A DNA stretch of 64,000 nucleotides from Pecten maximus (Eukaryota): assembly GCF_902652985.1 (NCBI RefSeq), contig NC_047028.1, positions 11,284,001 to 11,348,000 of the forward strand. Direction: 5' to 3'. The translations under genes were made by a program, and so were the position numbers. Of this stretch, positions 36,280-50,300 are shown piece by piece; the stretch's first letter is position 1; each line of letters begins with the position of its first letter. The notes under the pieces are model-generated. The model saw only the letters and a program-made list of their open reading frames with translations. It was not told the origin of the DNA and did no database searches.

Positions 36280-39200
36280 GGGGGATATGATAGAAATAAG
36301 GAATAGCCTTCTGATAAATACTGTATTATGATGGAGGGATATGATAGAGAAAAAGGATAGCCGTCTGATAATACTGTATGGAGTGATCGGAGGGGATATG
36401 ATAGAAATAAGGATAGCCGTCTGATAAATACTGTATGGAGTGATCGGAGGGGGGATATGATAGAAATAAGGATAGCCGTCTGATAAATACTGTATGGAGT
36501 GATCGGGAGGGGGATATGATAGGAATAAGGATAGCCGTCTGATAAATACTGTATGGAATGATCGGAGGGGGATATGATAGAAATAAGGATAGCCGTCTGA
36601 TAAATACTGTATGGAGTGATGGGAGGGGGATATGATAGAAATAAGGATAGCCGTCTGATAAATACTGTATGGAGTGATGGGAGGGGGGATATGATAGAAA
36701 TAAGGATAGCCGTCTGATAAATACTGTATGGAGTGATCGGAGGGGGATATGATAGAAATAAGGATAGCCGTCTGATAAATACTGTATGGAGTGATGGGAG
36801 GGGGATATGATAGAAATAAGGATAGCCGTCTGATAAATACTGTATGGAGTGATGGGAGGGGGATATGATAGAAATAAGGATAGCCGTCTGATAAATACTG
36901 TATGGAGTGATGGAGGGGGATATGATAGAAATAAGGATAGCCGTCTGATAAATACTGTATGGAGTGATGGGAGGGGGATATGATAGAAATAAGGATAGCC
37001 GTCTGATAAATACTGTATGGAGTGATGGGAGGGGGATATGATAGAAATAAGGATAGCCGTCTGATAAATACTGTATGGAGTGATCGGAGGGGGGATATGA
37101 TAGAAATAAGGATAGCCGTCTGATAAATACTGTATGGAGTGATGGGAGGGGGATATGATAGAAATAAGGATAGCCGTCTGATAAATACTGTATGGAGTGA
37201 TGGGAGGGGGATATGATAGAAATAAGGATAGCCGTCTGATAAATACTGTATGGAGTGATCGGAGGGGGATATGATAGAAATAAGGATAGCCATCTGATAA
37301 ATACTGTATGGAGTGATGGGAGGGGGATATGATAGAAATAAGGATAGCCGTCTGATAAATACTGTATGGAGTGATGGGAGGGGGGATATGATAGAAATAA
37401 GGATAGCCGTCTGATAGATACTGTATGGAGTGATCGGAGGGGGATATGATAGAAATAAGGATAGCCGTCTGATAAATACTGTATGGAGTGATGGGAGGGG
37501 GATATGATAGAAATAAGGATAGCCGTCTGATAGATACTGTATGGATTGATGGGAGGGGGGATATGATAGAAATAAGGATAGCCGTCTGATAAATACTGTA
37601 TGGAGTGATCGGAGGGGGATATGATAGGAATAAGGATAGCCGTCTGATAAATACTGTATGGAGTGATGGGAGGGGGATATGTAGAAATAAGGATAGCCGT
37701 CTGATAAATACTGTATGGAGTGATGGGAGGGGGGGATATGATAGAAATAAGGATAGCCGTCTGATAAATACTGTATGGAGTGATGGGAGGGGGATATGAT
37801 AGAAATAAGGATAGCCGTCTGATAAATACTGTATGGAGTGATGGGAGGGGGATATGATAGAAATAAGGATAGCCGTCTGATAAATACTGTATGGAGTGAT
37901 GGAGGGTGGGGGGGGGGGGGGATATGATAGAAATAAGGATAGCCGTCTGATAAATACTGTATGGATTGATCGGAGGGGGATATGATATAAATAAGGATAG
38001 TCGTCTGATACATACTGTATGGATTGATCGGAGGGGGATATGATAGAATTAAGCATAGCCGTCTGATAAATACTGTATGGAGTGATCGGAGGGGGATATG
38101 ATAGAAATAAGGATAGCCGTCTGATAAATACTGTATGGAGTGATGGGAGGAGGGATATGATAGAAATAAGGATAGCTGTCTGATAGATACTGTATGGAGT
38201 GATGGAAGGGGGATATGATAGAAATAAGGATAGCTGTCTGATAAATACTGTATGGAGTGATGGGAGGGGGGATATGATAGAAATAAGGATAGCTGTCTGA
38301 TAAATACTGTATGGAGTAATGGGAGGGGGATATGATAGAAATAAGGATAGCCGTCTGATAAATACTGTATGGATTGATCGGAGGGGGATATGATAGAAAT
38401 AAGGATAGACGTCTGATAAATACTCTATGGAGTGATGGTAGGGGGATATGATAGAAATAAGTATAGCCGTCTGAAAATACTGTATGGATTGATCGGAGGG
38501 GGATATGATAGAAATAAGGATAGCCGTCTGAAAATACTGTATGGATTCATCGGAGGGGGATATGATAGAAATAAGGATAGCCGTCTGATAAATACTGTAT
38601 GGAGTGATCGAAGGGGGATATGATAGAAATAAGGATAGCCGTCTGATAAATACTGTATGGAGTGATCGGAGGGGGATATTGTATAAATAAGGATAGCCGT
38701 CTGATAAATACTGTATGGAGTGATGGGAGGGGGTTATGATAGAAATAAGGATAGCCATCTGATAAATACTGTATGGAGTGATGGGAGGGGGATATGATAG
38801 AAATAAGGATAGCCGTCTGATAAATACTGTATGGAGTGATGGGAGGGGGGATATGATAGAAATAAGGATAGCCGTCTGATAAATACGGTATCGAGTGATC
38901 GGAGGGGGATATGATAGAAATAAGGATAGCCGTCTGATAAATACTGTATGGAGTGATGGTAGGGGGATATGATAGAAATAAGGATAGCCGTCTGATAAAT
39001 ACTGTATGGAGCGATCGGAGGGGGGATATGATAGAAATAAGGATAGCCGTCTGATAAATACTGTATGGAGTGATCGAAGGGGGATATGATAGAAATAAGG
39101 ATAGCCGTCTGATAAATACTGTATGGAGTGATCGAAGGGGGATATGATAGAAATAAGGATAGCCGTCTGATAAATACTGTATGGATTCATCGGAGGGGGA

Positions 39201-42200
39201 TATGATAGAAATAAGGATAGCCGTCTGATAAATACTGTATGGAGTGATCGAAGGGGGATATGATAGAAATAAGGATAGCCGTCTGATAAATACTGTATGG
39301 AGTGATCGGAGGGGGATATTGTATAAATAAGGATAGCCGTCTGATAAATACTGTATGGAGTGATGGGAGGGGGGTTATGATAGAAATAAGGATAGCCATC
39401 TGATAAATACTGTATGGAGTGATGGGAGGGGGATATGATAGAAATAAGGATAGCCGTCTGATAAATACTGTATGGAGTGATGGGAGGGGGGATATGATAG
39501 AAATAAGGATAGCCGTCTGATAAATACGGTATCGAGTGATCGGAGGGGGATATGATAGAAATAAGGATAGCCGTCTGATAAATACTGTATGGAGTGATGG
39601 GAGGGGGATATGATAGAAATAAGGATAGCCGTCTGATAAATACTGTATGGAGCGATCGGAGGGGGGATATGATAGAAATAAGGATAGCCGTCTGATAAAT
39701 ACTGTATGGAGTGATCGGAGGGGGATATGATAGAAATAAGGATAGCCGTCTGATAAATACTGTATGGAGTGATCGGAGGGGGGATATGATAGAAATAAGG
39801 ATAGCCGTCTGATAAATACTGTATGGAGTGATCGGAGGGGGATATGATAGAAATAAGGATAGCCGTCTGATAAATACTGTATGGAGTGATGGGAGGGGGG
39901 ATATGATAGAAATAAGGATAGCCGTCTGATCAATACTGTATGGAGTGATGGGAGGGGGTTATTATAGAAATAAGGATAGCCGTCTGATAAATACTGTATG
40001 GAGTGATGGGAGGGGGGATATGATAGAAATAAGGATAGCCGTCTGATAAATACTCTATGGAGTGATGGGAGGGGGTTATTATAGAAATAAGGATAGCCGT
40101 CTGATAAATACTGTATGGAGTGATGGGAGGGGGGATATGATAGAAATAAGGATAGCCGTCTGATAAATACTCTATGGAGTGATGGGAGGGGGTTATTATA
40201 GAAATAAGGATAGCCGTCTGATAAATACTGTATGGAATGATGGGAGGGGGGATATGATAGAAATAAGGATAGCCGTCTGATAAATACTGTATGGAGTGAT
40301 GGGAGGGGGATATGATAGAAATAAGGATAGCCGTCTGATAAATACTGTATGGAATGATGGGAGGGGGGTATGATAGAAATAAGGATAGCCGTCTGATAAA
40401 TACTGTATGGAGTGATGAGAGGGGGGATATGATAGAAATAAGGATAGCCGTCTGATAAATACTGTATGGAGTGATGGGAGGGGGGATATGATAGAAATAA
40501 GGATAGCCGTCTGATAAATACTCTATGGAGTGATGGGAGGGGGTTATTATAGAAATAAGGATAGCCGTCTGATAAATACTGTATGGAGTGATGGGAGGGG
40601 GGATATGATAGAAATAAGGATAGCCGTCTGATAAATACTGTATGGAGTGATCGGAGGGGGATATGATAGAAATAAGGATAGCCGTCTGATAAATACTGTA
40701 TGGAGTGATGGGAGGGGGGATATGATAGAAATAAGGATAGCCGTCTGATAAATACTGTATGGAGTGATGGGAGGGGGGATATGATAGAAATAAGGATAGC
40801 CGTCTGATAAATACTGTATGGAGTGATGGGAGGGGGTTATTATAGAAATAAGGATAGCCGTCTGATAAATACTGTATGGAGTGATGGGAGGGGGGATATG
40901 ATAGAAATAAGGATAGCCGTCTGATAAATACTCTATGGAGTGATGGGAGGGGGTTATTATAGAAATAAGGATAGCCGTCTGATAAATACTGTATGGAGTG
41001 ATGGGAGGGGGGATATGATAGAAATAAGGATAGCCGTCTGATAAATACTCTATGGAGTGATGGGAGGGGGTTATTATAGAAATAAGGATAGCCGTCTGAT
41101 AAATACTGTATGGAGTGATCGGAGGGGGATATGATAGAAATAAGGATAGCCGTCTGATAAATACTCTATGGATTGATCGGAGAGGGGATATTGTATAAAT
41201 AAGGATAGCCGTCTGATAAATACTGTATGGAGTGATGGGAGGGGGATATGATAGAAATAAGGATAGCCGTCTGATAAATATTGTATGGAATGATGGGAGG
41301 GGGATATGATAGAAATAAGGATAGCCGTCTGATAAATACTGTATGGAGTGATCGGAGGGGGATATGATAGAAATAAGGATAGCCGTCTGATAAATACTGT
41401 ATGGAGTGATGGAAGGGGGATATGATAGAAATAAGGATAGCTGTCTGATAGATACTGTATGGAGTGATCGGAGGGGGGATATGATAGAAATAAGGATAGC
41501 TGTCTGATAAATACTGTATGGAGTAATGGGAGGGGGATATGATAGAAATAAGGATAGCTGTCTGATAGATACTGTATGGAGTGATGGAAGGGGGATATGA
41601 TAGAAATAAGGATAGCTGTCTGATAAATACTGTATGGAGTGATGGGAGGGGGGGATATGATAGAAATAAGGATAGCTGTCTGATAAATACTGTATGGAGT
41701 AATGGGAGGGGGATATGATAGAAATAAGGATAGCCGTCTGATAAATACTGTATGGATTGATCGGAGGGGGATATGATAGAAATAAGGATAGACGTCTGAT
41801 AAATACTGTATGGAGTGATGGTAGGGGGATATGATAGAAATAAGTATAGCCGTCTGAAAATACTGTGGATTGATCGGAGGGGGATATGATAGAAATAAGG
41901 ATAGCCGTCTGAAAATACTGTATGGATTCATCGGAGGGGGATATGATAGAAATAAGGATAGCCGTCTGATAAATACTGTATGGAGTGATCGAAGGGGGAT
42001 ATGATAGAAATAAGGATAGCCGTCTGATAAATACTGTATGGAGTGATCGGAGGGGGATATTGTATAAATAAGGATAGCCGTCTGATAAATACTGTATGGA
42101 GTGATGGGAGGGGGGATATGATAGAAATAAGGATAGCCGTCTGATAAATACGGTATCGAGTGATCGGAGGGGGATATGATAGAAATAAGGATAGCCGTCT

Positions 42201-44490
42201 GATAAATACTGTATGGAGTGATGGTAGGGGGATATGATAGAAATAAGGATAGCCGTCTGATAAATACTGTATGGAGTGATCGGAGGGGGGATATGATAGA
42301 AATAAGGATAGCCGTCTGATAAATACTGTATGGAGTGATCGGAGGGGGATATGATAGAAATAAGGATAGCCGTCTGATAAATACTGTATGGAGTGATCGG
42401 AGGGGGGATATGATAGAAATAAGGATAGCCGTCTGATAAATACTGTATGGAGTGATCGGAGGGGGATATGATAGAAATAAGGATAGCCGTCTGATAAATA
42501 CTGTATGGAGTGATGGGAGGGGGGATATGATAGAAATAAGGATAGCCGTCTGATCAATACTGTATGGAGTGATGGGAGGGGGTTATTATAGAAATAAGGA
42601 TAGCCGTCTGATAAATACTGTATGGAGTGATGGGAGGGGGGATATGATAGAAATAAGGATAGCCGTCTGATAAATACTCTATGGAGTGATGGGAGGGGGT
42701 TATTATAGAAATAAGGATAGCCGTCTGATAAATACTGTATGGAGTGATGGGAGGGGGGGATATGATAGAAATAAGGATAGCCGTCTGATAAATACTCTAT
42801 GGAGTGATGGGAGGGGGTTATTATAGAAATAAGGATAGCCGTCTGATAAATACTGTATGGAATGATGGGAGGGGGGATATGATAGAAATAAGGATAGCCG
42901 TCTGATAAATACTGTATGGAGTGATGGGAGGGGGATATGATAGAAATAAGGATAGCCGTCTGATAAATACTGTATGGAATGATGGGAGGGGGTATGATAG
43001 AAATAAGGATAGCCGTCTGATAAATACTGTATGGAGTGATGAGAGGGGGGATATGATAGAAATAAGGATAGCCGTCTGATAAATACTGTATGGAGTGATC
43101 GGAGGGGGATATGATAGAAATAAGGATAGCCGTGTGATAAATACTGTATGGAGTGATCGGAGGGGGATATGATAGAAATAAGGATAGCCGTCTGATAAAT
43201 ACTGTATGGAGCGATCGGAGGGGGGATATGATAGAAATAAGGATAGCCGTCTGATAAATACTGTATGGAGTGATCGGAGGGGGATATGATAGAAATAAGG
43301 ATAGCCGTCTGATAAATACTGTATGGAGTGATGGGAGGGGGGATATGATAGAAATAAGGATAGCCGTCTGATAAATACTGTATGGAGTGATGGGAGGGGG
43401 TTATTATAGAAATAAGGATAGCCGTCTGATAAATACTGTATGGAGTGATGGGAGGGGGGATATGATAGAAATAAGGATAGCCGTCTGATAAATACTCTAT
43501 GGAGTGATGGGAGGGGGTTATTATAGAAATAAGGATAGCCGTCTGATAAATACTGTATGGAGTGATGGGAGGGGGGATATGATAGAAATAAGGATAGCCG
43601 TCTGATAAATACTCTATGGAGTGATGGGAGGGGGTTATTATAGAAATAAGGATAGCCGTCTGATAAATACTGTATGGAGTGATCGGAGGGGGATATGATA
43701 GAAATAAGGATAGCCGTCTGATAAATACTGTATGGAGCGATCGGAGAGGGGATATTGTATAAATAAGGATAGCCGTCTGATAAATACTGTATGGAGTGAT
43801 CGGAGAGGGGATATTGTATAAATAAGGATAGCCGTCTGATAAATACTGTATGGAGTGTGGGGGGGGGGGGGGGGGGGGGGATATGATAGAAATAAGGATA
43901 ACCGTCTGATAAATACTCTATGGAGTGATGGGAGGGGGTTATTATAGAAATAAGGATAGCCGTCTGATAAATACTGTATGGAGTGATCGGAGGGGGATAT
44001 GATAGAAATAAGGATAGCCGTCTGATAAATACTCTATGGATTGATCGGAGAGGGGATATTGTATAAATAAGGATAGCCGTCTGATAAATACTGTATGGAG
44101 TGATCGGAGAGGGGATATTGTATAAATAAGGATAGCCGTCTGATAAATACTGTATGGAGTGTGGGGGGGGGGGGGGGGGGGATATGATAGAAATAAGGAT
44201 AACCGTCTGATAAATACTGTATGGAGTGATCGGAGGGGGATATGATAGAAATAAGGATAGCCGTCTGATAAATACTGTATGGAGTGATGGGAGGGGGATA
44301 TTATAGAAATAAGGATAGCCGTCTGATAAATACTGTATGGAGTGATCGGAGGGGGATATGATAGAAATAAGGATAGCCGTCTGATAAATACTGTATGGAG
44401 TGATGGGAGGGGGATATGATAGAAATAAGGATAGCCGTCTGATAAATACTGTATGGAGTGATGGGAGGGGGATATTATAGGAGGAATAAG
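36280..44490. repeat. 58-59-bp purine-rich satellite, ~140 copies, with higher-order duplications; decayed copies back to ~35260
   Basis: Unit gatatgatagaaataaggatagccgtctgataaatactgtatggagtgat(c/g)ggagggg(g). Confidence 0.97.
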
Positions 44491-45197
44491 GATATGAAAT
44501 GTGTATTCCTTTCTTACTTTCATGTCAAAATTCTGGAAATTCATCAGGGTAGATCACATCAGTTATAGAATATCAAAGCTCCCGTCAGAATGGATATGGT
44601 CGCATTGCAGTGTACCTTTAATTTTCTATTACTTACCGGAACATTAATCATAAATATACATCATAGCAGCTTATCCTCCAGAATATTATAATATCAAATG
44701 GCCGCTGACACTAATGTAATTTATATATCGCTACAATCCTTAACCACGTGATTGATTTACATCCATCTCAAAGTACTGAAGCGTGAAACGGTTATAGACT
44801 CGAGTAACAACTTGAAGTGGACACAAAGCTTTTTAATAGAGTATAAGAAGGAAACATCAAAACATTACCCAGGATTCACCACTTTATTACTATTACTAAA
44901 GGTACTATTTTTGATAATCGGGTTTAAGTCATTTCATTAAGTGTAAGTTCTTTAAAAGACTTACTTTTGAAGAAAAAAGCTGCCAATACTGATGGGATCA
45001 GTGTATCATGTACGTCACCCGTAAGTAAATATTATGGATCCGAAATCCACGGAACACCTAAGTAACATTTCATGGCTACAGCAAGCTTTACATATACACT
45101 TATATATAACCACTGTGGAATAATATACAGGTTGTTTATTCCATAGTTATAAACATAAATACTCTATGGATTTCAATTACACAGCTTGTTACATATA

Positions 45198-45564
45198 TAG
45201 AGAGAATACAAAGTTCGTGTCTTAAAATATAAGCCGTATTTTGGCGAGTGTAAAGAAAGACAAAAGTGGCGATCCTTTGGTGAGTCATTTATGTCTTTCT
45301 GTCCCGAGCCATAAATACAGCTTTTATTTTAGACACCGACGATGTATTCTATTTATCCTGCAACACTCATCAATAATAAGCATTTTTAAGTGAAACGGTA
45401 TCAACAATGTTCGAAATATGTTCACCTATTAAACTATTGTCACTTGGAAGTAAATCAGTCAAACTGACACTCATGCAATGATGCTGTTTTCGTCACTACC
45501 GAATACAGCAAAAGTATATGTGGTAGATGTACTCCGCCAATGCGGATGGCAGTTGATTGATAAA
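45198..45564 (+). mobile_element. Palindrome-headed non-autonomous element A
   Basis: Head hairpin agaataca...tgtattct; internal atttatcctgcaac mirrored imperfectly by terminal gttgattgataaat; related head at ~59015-59155. Confidence 0.55.
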
Positions 45565-45571
45565 TGTATAT

Positions 45572-46071
45572 ATAGAGGATATCTAACAGTGTCTTCAGTA
45601 ATACCAAATATATTTCACGAGTGGGGCTAATATTTTGATATTTTTCACGAGTGCGCAGCACGAGTGAAAAATATCAAAATATTAGCCCCACTCGTGAAAT
45701 TGATATTTATTAGCGCAGCACGAGTGAAAAATATCAAAATATTAGCCACACGAGTGAAATATATTTGGTATAACTGAAGACACTGTTAGATATTCTGTTT
45801 ATTACATTTTTTATCAACGAAAAACCTACCCCGTATGCTTACTAGGCCTAATGTAAACAAAAAAGTAGTTACCCCACTCTAGGTGCTGACATATATGTCG
45901 GGCTTTCTGATAGGTCAATTATTTTGGTATTTTCTAATCATTAATTTGATTGGTCAAATCAGCAAAAGTGATATTTTCCACTAGTGAAAAATATGATATT
46001 TTTCACTAGTGAAAAATATCACTTTTATAGAATGAATAATTTTTGATATTTCACTGGTAAAAATGTAATAA
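45572..46071 (+). mobile_element. Palindrome-headed non-autonomous element B
   Basis: ~75-bp-arm inverted repeat centred on gcgcagc; tttattacatttt mirrored by terminal aaaatgtaataaa; flanked by TA repeats. Confidence 0.7.
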
Positions 46072-46347
46072 ATATATATATATATATAAATAAGCAGAAT
46101 GATAATATTAGGTACAGAAAAATATATCCTTTGAATACCTCAATACTTTAACAACAAAACATCCATTATGTAACAGATTATAATACATAGATGTCCCGTA
46201 TTGGTTTACGTATACTATCTAAACTATTGTATGTCATTATCATGGACATGAGTGATCAAAACATTTTACAAACTTCATGCCGTCATCCAATACGGAGACC
46301 AAACTTCAGACCTGAATTATATCTAACAGTCTTTAGAACCGAGGATG

Positions 46348-46798
46348 ACAGACCTGTATCTAGTTTGATTTATATAATGTATACATTATCTTGTTACTGA
46401 AGACAGACCTGTATCCAGTATGATTTATATAATGTATACATTATCTTGTTACTGAAGACAGACCTGTATCCAGTATGATTTATATAATGTATACATTATC
46501 TTGTTACTGAAGACAAACCTATATCCAGTATGATTTATATCATGTATACATTATCTTGTTACTGAAGACAGACCTGTATCCAATATTATTTATATAATGT
46601 ATACATTATCTTGTTACTGAAGACAGACCTATATCCAGTATGGTTTATATAATGTATACATTATCTTGTTACTGAAGACAGACATGTATCCAGTATGATT
46701 TATATTATGTATACATTATCTTGTTATTGAAGACAGACCTATATCCAGTATGATTTATATCATATATACATTATCTTGTTACTGAAGACAGACCTGTA
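46348..46798. repeat. 55-bp minisatellite, ~8 copies
   Basis: Unit agacagacctgtatccagtatgatttatataatgtatacattatcttgttactga. Confidence 0.95.
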
Positions 46799-47257
46799 TG
46801 CTGAAATATCACCAGCGAATAAAAAACAAATATCAAGAATAGAAAGTATATGGATGACAAATGGCAGTGTAGTGTTTAATATATTAAATTTTAAAGAAAA
46901 AAAGAAGTATAACGGGTGAATATTTTTTTTAATGATTTTCCTACCTTAAATGCATTGCCATGTTAAGAAGGAATAAAGCAGTCTTCGGGGCCAGGGCCTT
47001 GTAATATGTATAATCATTTATGATTATAGAAACTTTTTACAGTAAAATTGGCCTTATACTACACGCCATATTGATTATAAATTGATTTGATTATGACAAT
47101 GTCCCAGAAGACAAACACAATGATTAACCATTTAATTTTACATGGTATTGTGACTGTCAACATGAAGTTGGTCATTGTAAAGACCAAACAGATTCCAATA
47201 AGTATATATAATCAGATAGAACAAAAAGGCAGATATTGCTGAAGATCAATGTTTTGA

Positions 47258-47317
47258 TTACACAGACTGTTCATTTGAAATCATATCATTAAATGGTTTT
47301 TCCTCTTCGTGCATATC
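47258..47317 (-). CDS. SLC5 terminal coding exon DMHEEEKPFNDMISNEQSV*
   Basis: Strong acceptor ttttgtttcttttgcag, phase 0. Confidence 0.7.
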   Translation of the reverse strand, partial: DMHEEEKPFNDMISNEQSV

Positions 47318-50300
47318 CTGCAAAAGAAACAAAAATATGGAGTTATATTCGCGTGGAGCTACATGTATATTCACGTTGAGTTATATTTTTTTTAGTTATA
47401 TTTGTGTGGAGTTATATTCGTGTGGAGTTATATTTATGTGGAGCTATATTCGTGTGGAGTTATATTCGTGTGGAGTTATATTTATGTGGAGCTATATTCG
47501 TGTGGAGTTATATTTATGTGGAGTTATATTTATGTGGAGTTATATTCGCGTGGAGTTATATTTATGTGGAGTTACATACGTGTGGAGTTGTATTTATGTG
47601 GAGTTAGATTTATGTGGAGTTATATTTATGTGGAGTTGTATTTATCAGGAGCTATATTCGTGTGGAGTTATATTTATGTGGAGTTGTATTTATCAGGAGC
47701 TATATTCGTGTGGAGTTATATTTATGTGGAGTTATATTCGTGTTGAGCTATATTTATGTGGAGTTAGATTTATGTGGAGTTAGATTTATGTGGAGTTAGA
47801 TTTATGCGGAGTTAGAGCTCTATTCATATTGACATGCTTGTGCGTAAAAAGTTTGATATTGAAGCAAGGTACTCCGTTACAATGTGGTCTGTTAAGAGAG
47901 ATGGGACATACAATTAACATTGTCGGCACAACGGATTTCCGTATAAGTGGATTGGTTTCAGTTTTGCATTGTTTCATGTCAAATCAACAGCTATGGTAAT
48001 TTAAGGACCCCTGTTTGCGGGATGCGCGCATGTGGTGTGTTAGGAGAGATAGAACATTATACAATTAGATGTATCGGCACAACGGATTTCCGTATAAGTG
48101 GATCGGTTCCGGCTTTATATTGTTTAACGTCCTATCAATAACTATGATCATTTAAGGACCCCTGCGTTCGAGTGGTGATAATGTGTATGTTTGGTTTTTG
48201 TTTTTGTTTTTATTATCTCTATTTCTTTTTTAAAGCGCAGAACTGATGCCGACTTTATAGTACTCAGTGAAACACACTGTCGAAAGACAACTTTCAAGAC
48301 AACCCCACCTGGTCTCATTATATTGATAACGAGCAAATTAGTCGTCCCGGCTTCACTATGGACACATGGGTTTAGTCTACACAATGCAATACTAAAATGT
48401 TGATGCACAACACCATGAATAAAACATCACATATTCATAAATATAGATATAACTCATATATTCACTATTTACATTACTTTTATATTAGATATTGCGATGA
48501 AAAATATATTGTAAAGTTAAAGGATCTTTTTTGAAGTTTAAGAATATGAGCTATTCATAATTAAACGGATGTATTACGTAATCTTCCTTAGGAAAGTCCG
48601 GGGTGTATCGGCAACGTTTCCGAGCCCACTCCGGAAGGCAGCAACATAGTACATCACAAACAGGAACCAAAAGGTCGGGATCAACGGTAGGCTGGACTGT
48701 AACAATATACAGGACTGGTAACACGGATAGCGTTCAAATATCCTCTCAGTGTGTTTATCATAATAAAATCATCGGTAGTGGAATATTACTGTATCAATAC
48801 ATAAAGACAAAATGCAATTGTCTGTCATAAATCAATCATTTGATATGTGATGTAACAAGCATTGGATGTAGCTCAATCTTTTATACAATATCATCTGATA
48901 GCATAATAATGACATCGTTGTTTATTAAGTTGTTTTCGTTGGCTAGTAGATATGCGCAGTAATTTCTAATACGAAAAAGTGAAATATAATATTATGACGA
49001 TTTTTAGCCTGTTAAAAGTATATTGATTTATTTATGGTTTTGCGTTATAAATCAGTAAAATTTAAAACCGTGATGTATCCTAAAATTCGATTTTATTTCC
49101 CTGCTGTCATGGCTCCATAATTTAGAACCACTTACTCATTATCATCTTCGCTATTTTGATTTGATCATCATCAACCGCAAGCATTTACTTAGTGAAGAAT
49201 TATATTACTAACACTAAAGTAATCTGTGGAAAACCCATCTGTAACAAACCATGTCCAATCAATCCAATGACACGCTTGTTTACCTACGATGAAACATTTA
49301 CCTTTGAAACGACTGACGACTGCACCGATTATGACGACAATGAGGACACCCATAGCGCCCAACCACATGTAGGAAAGGGAATACAGTGCATCTAGGCCAC
49401 TTCTGTAGATAGAATAAACGTTGTATAATAAAACTACATTACAAAATTATTTGTTTTATGCCAAAACCAACAACACCAATTAGATTCTTCGAAACTGATG
49501 CCGGTAATGTAAATATGATGTCAAACTATAATTTATACTTTAAAAACAAGACCATTTTGTTACCTGACTCAAAGCACAGTTAAAATAAATTCATAAATGA
49601 CAAATTGAATACGATAATAAATTAACGAATACATTATTATTATTTACAGAACAGAAGGAAAGAAGTAGTCAAGCATATAATATTGTGTACTATATATAAT
49701 TCAAAGCTATAATATTGTTAATTCTAGTATTGTAATTTTAATGTATACATGTATTAGGGTACATTTCCCATTAAACTTACGGTGTCGTCAGAATTTCCGC
49801 AGACGGCGTGGTGACATTCATTTGGTACATTGAACTGGTAAAACTGTCATGGATCGTGCTATTCAGAGCGAAGGAGGCATTCGGGGATATGCAGTTGAAC
49901 GTCGGGGCGGGCTCTAATTTAGGATGAACTCGTACACCCGGAGACACGAATTTTCCTACTGAGATCCATCCAACGAATAAAACACTGCTCAGTCCTCCTA
50001 CGATAGCTCCCTGAACGGTGATAGAAAAGATCATAATTGATGTGATTTAGTTAAACCCATAGCTGCATAGTATTCTTTCAAATGATATGTTGTGAGGATT
50101 CCAATGAAATTTAAACTGTAAACGTACATAACTTTATGTGGCGCACTCACATTTGAGGATTTCCTAATTTAAACAGAAAAGCGGATTGATGAGTTGGCGC
50201 GCAAAAATATTTTTATATAAAAACAGTACCTAGAAAGTGCAATTAGCACAAGGATAATTTAGCGTTATACGTCTGAAGCGAATAAGCGCTAAGATAACAT

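Noticed and set aside
29017-44490. CRISPR-like appearance of the regular arrays
   Set aside because: No unique spacers and no cas genes; eukaryotic context.
36235-44544. Long ORFs (up to 954 aa) on the minus strand of the 58-bp satellite
   Set aside because: They are a stop-free repeat strand cycling through three frames, with constant G-run indels and no domain.
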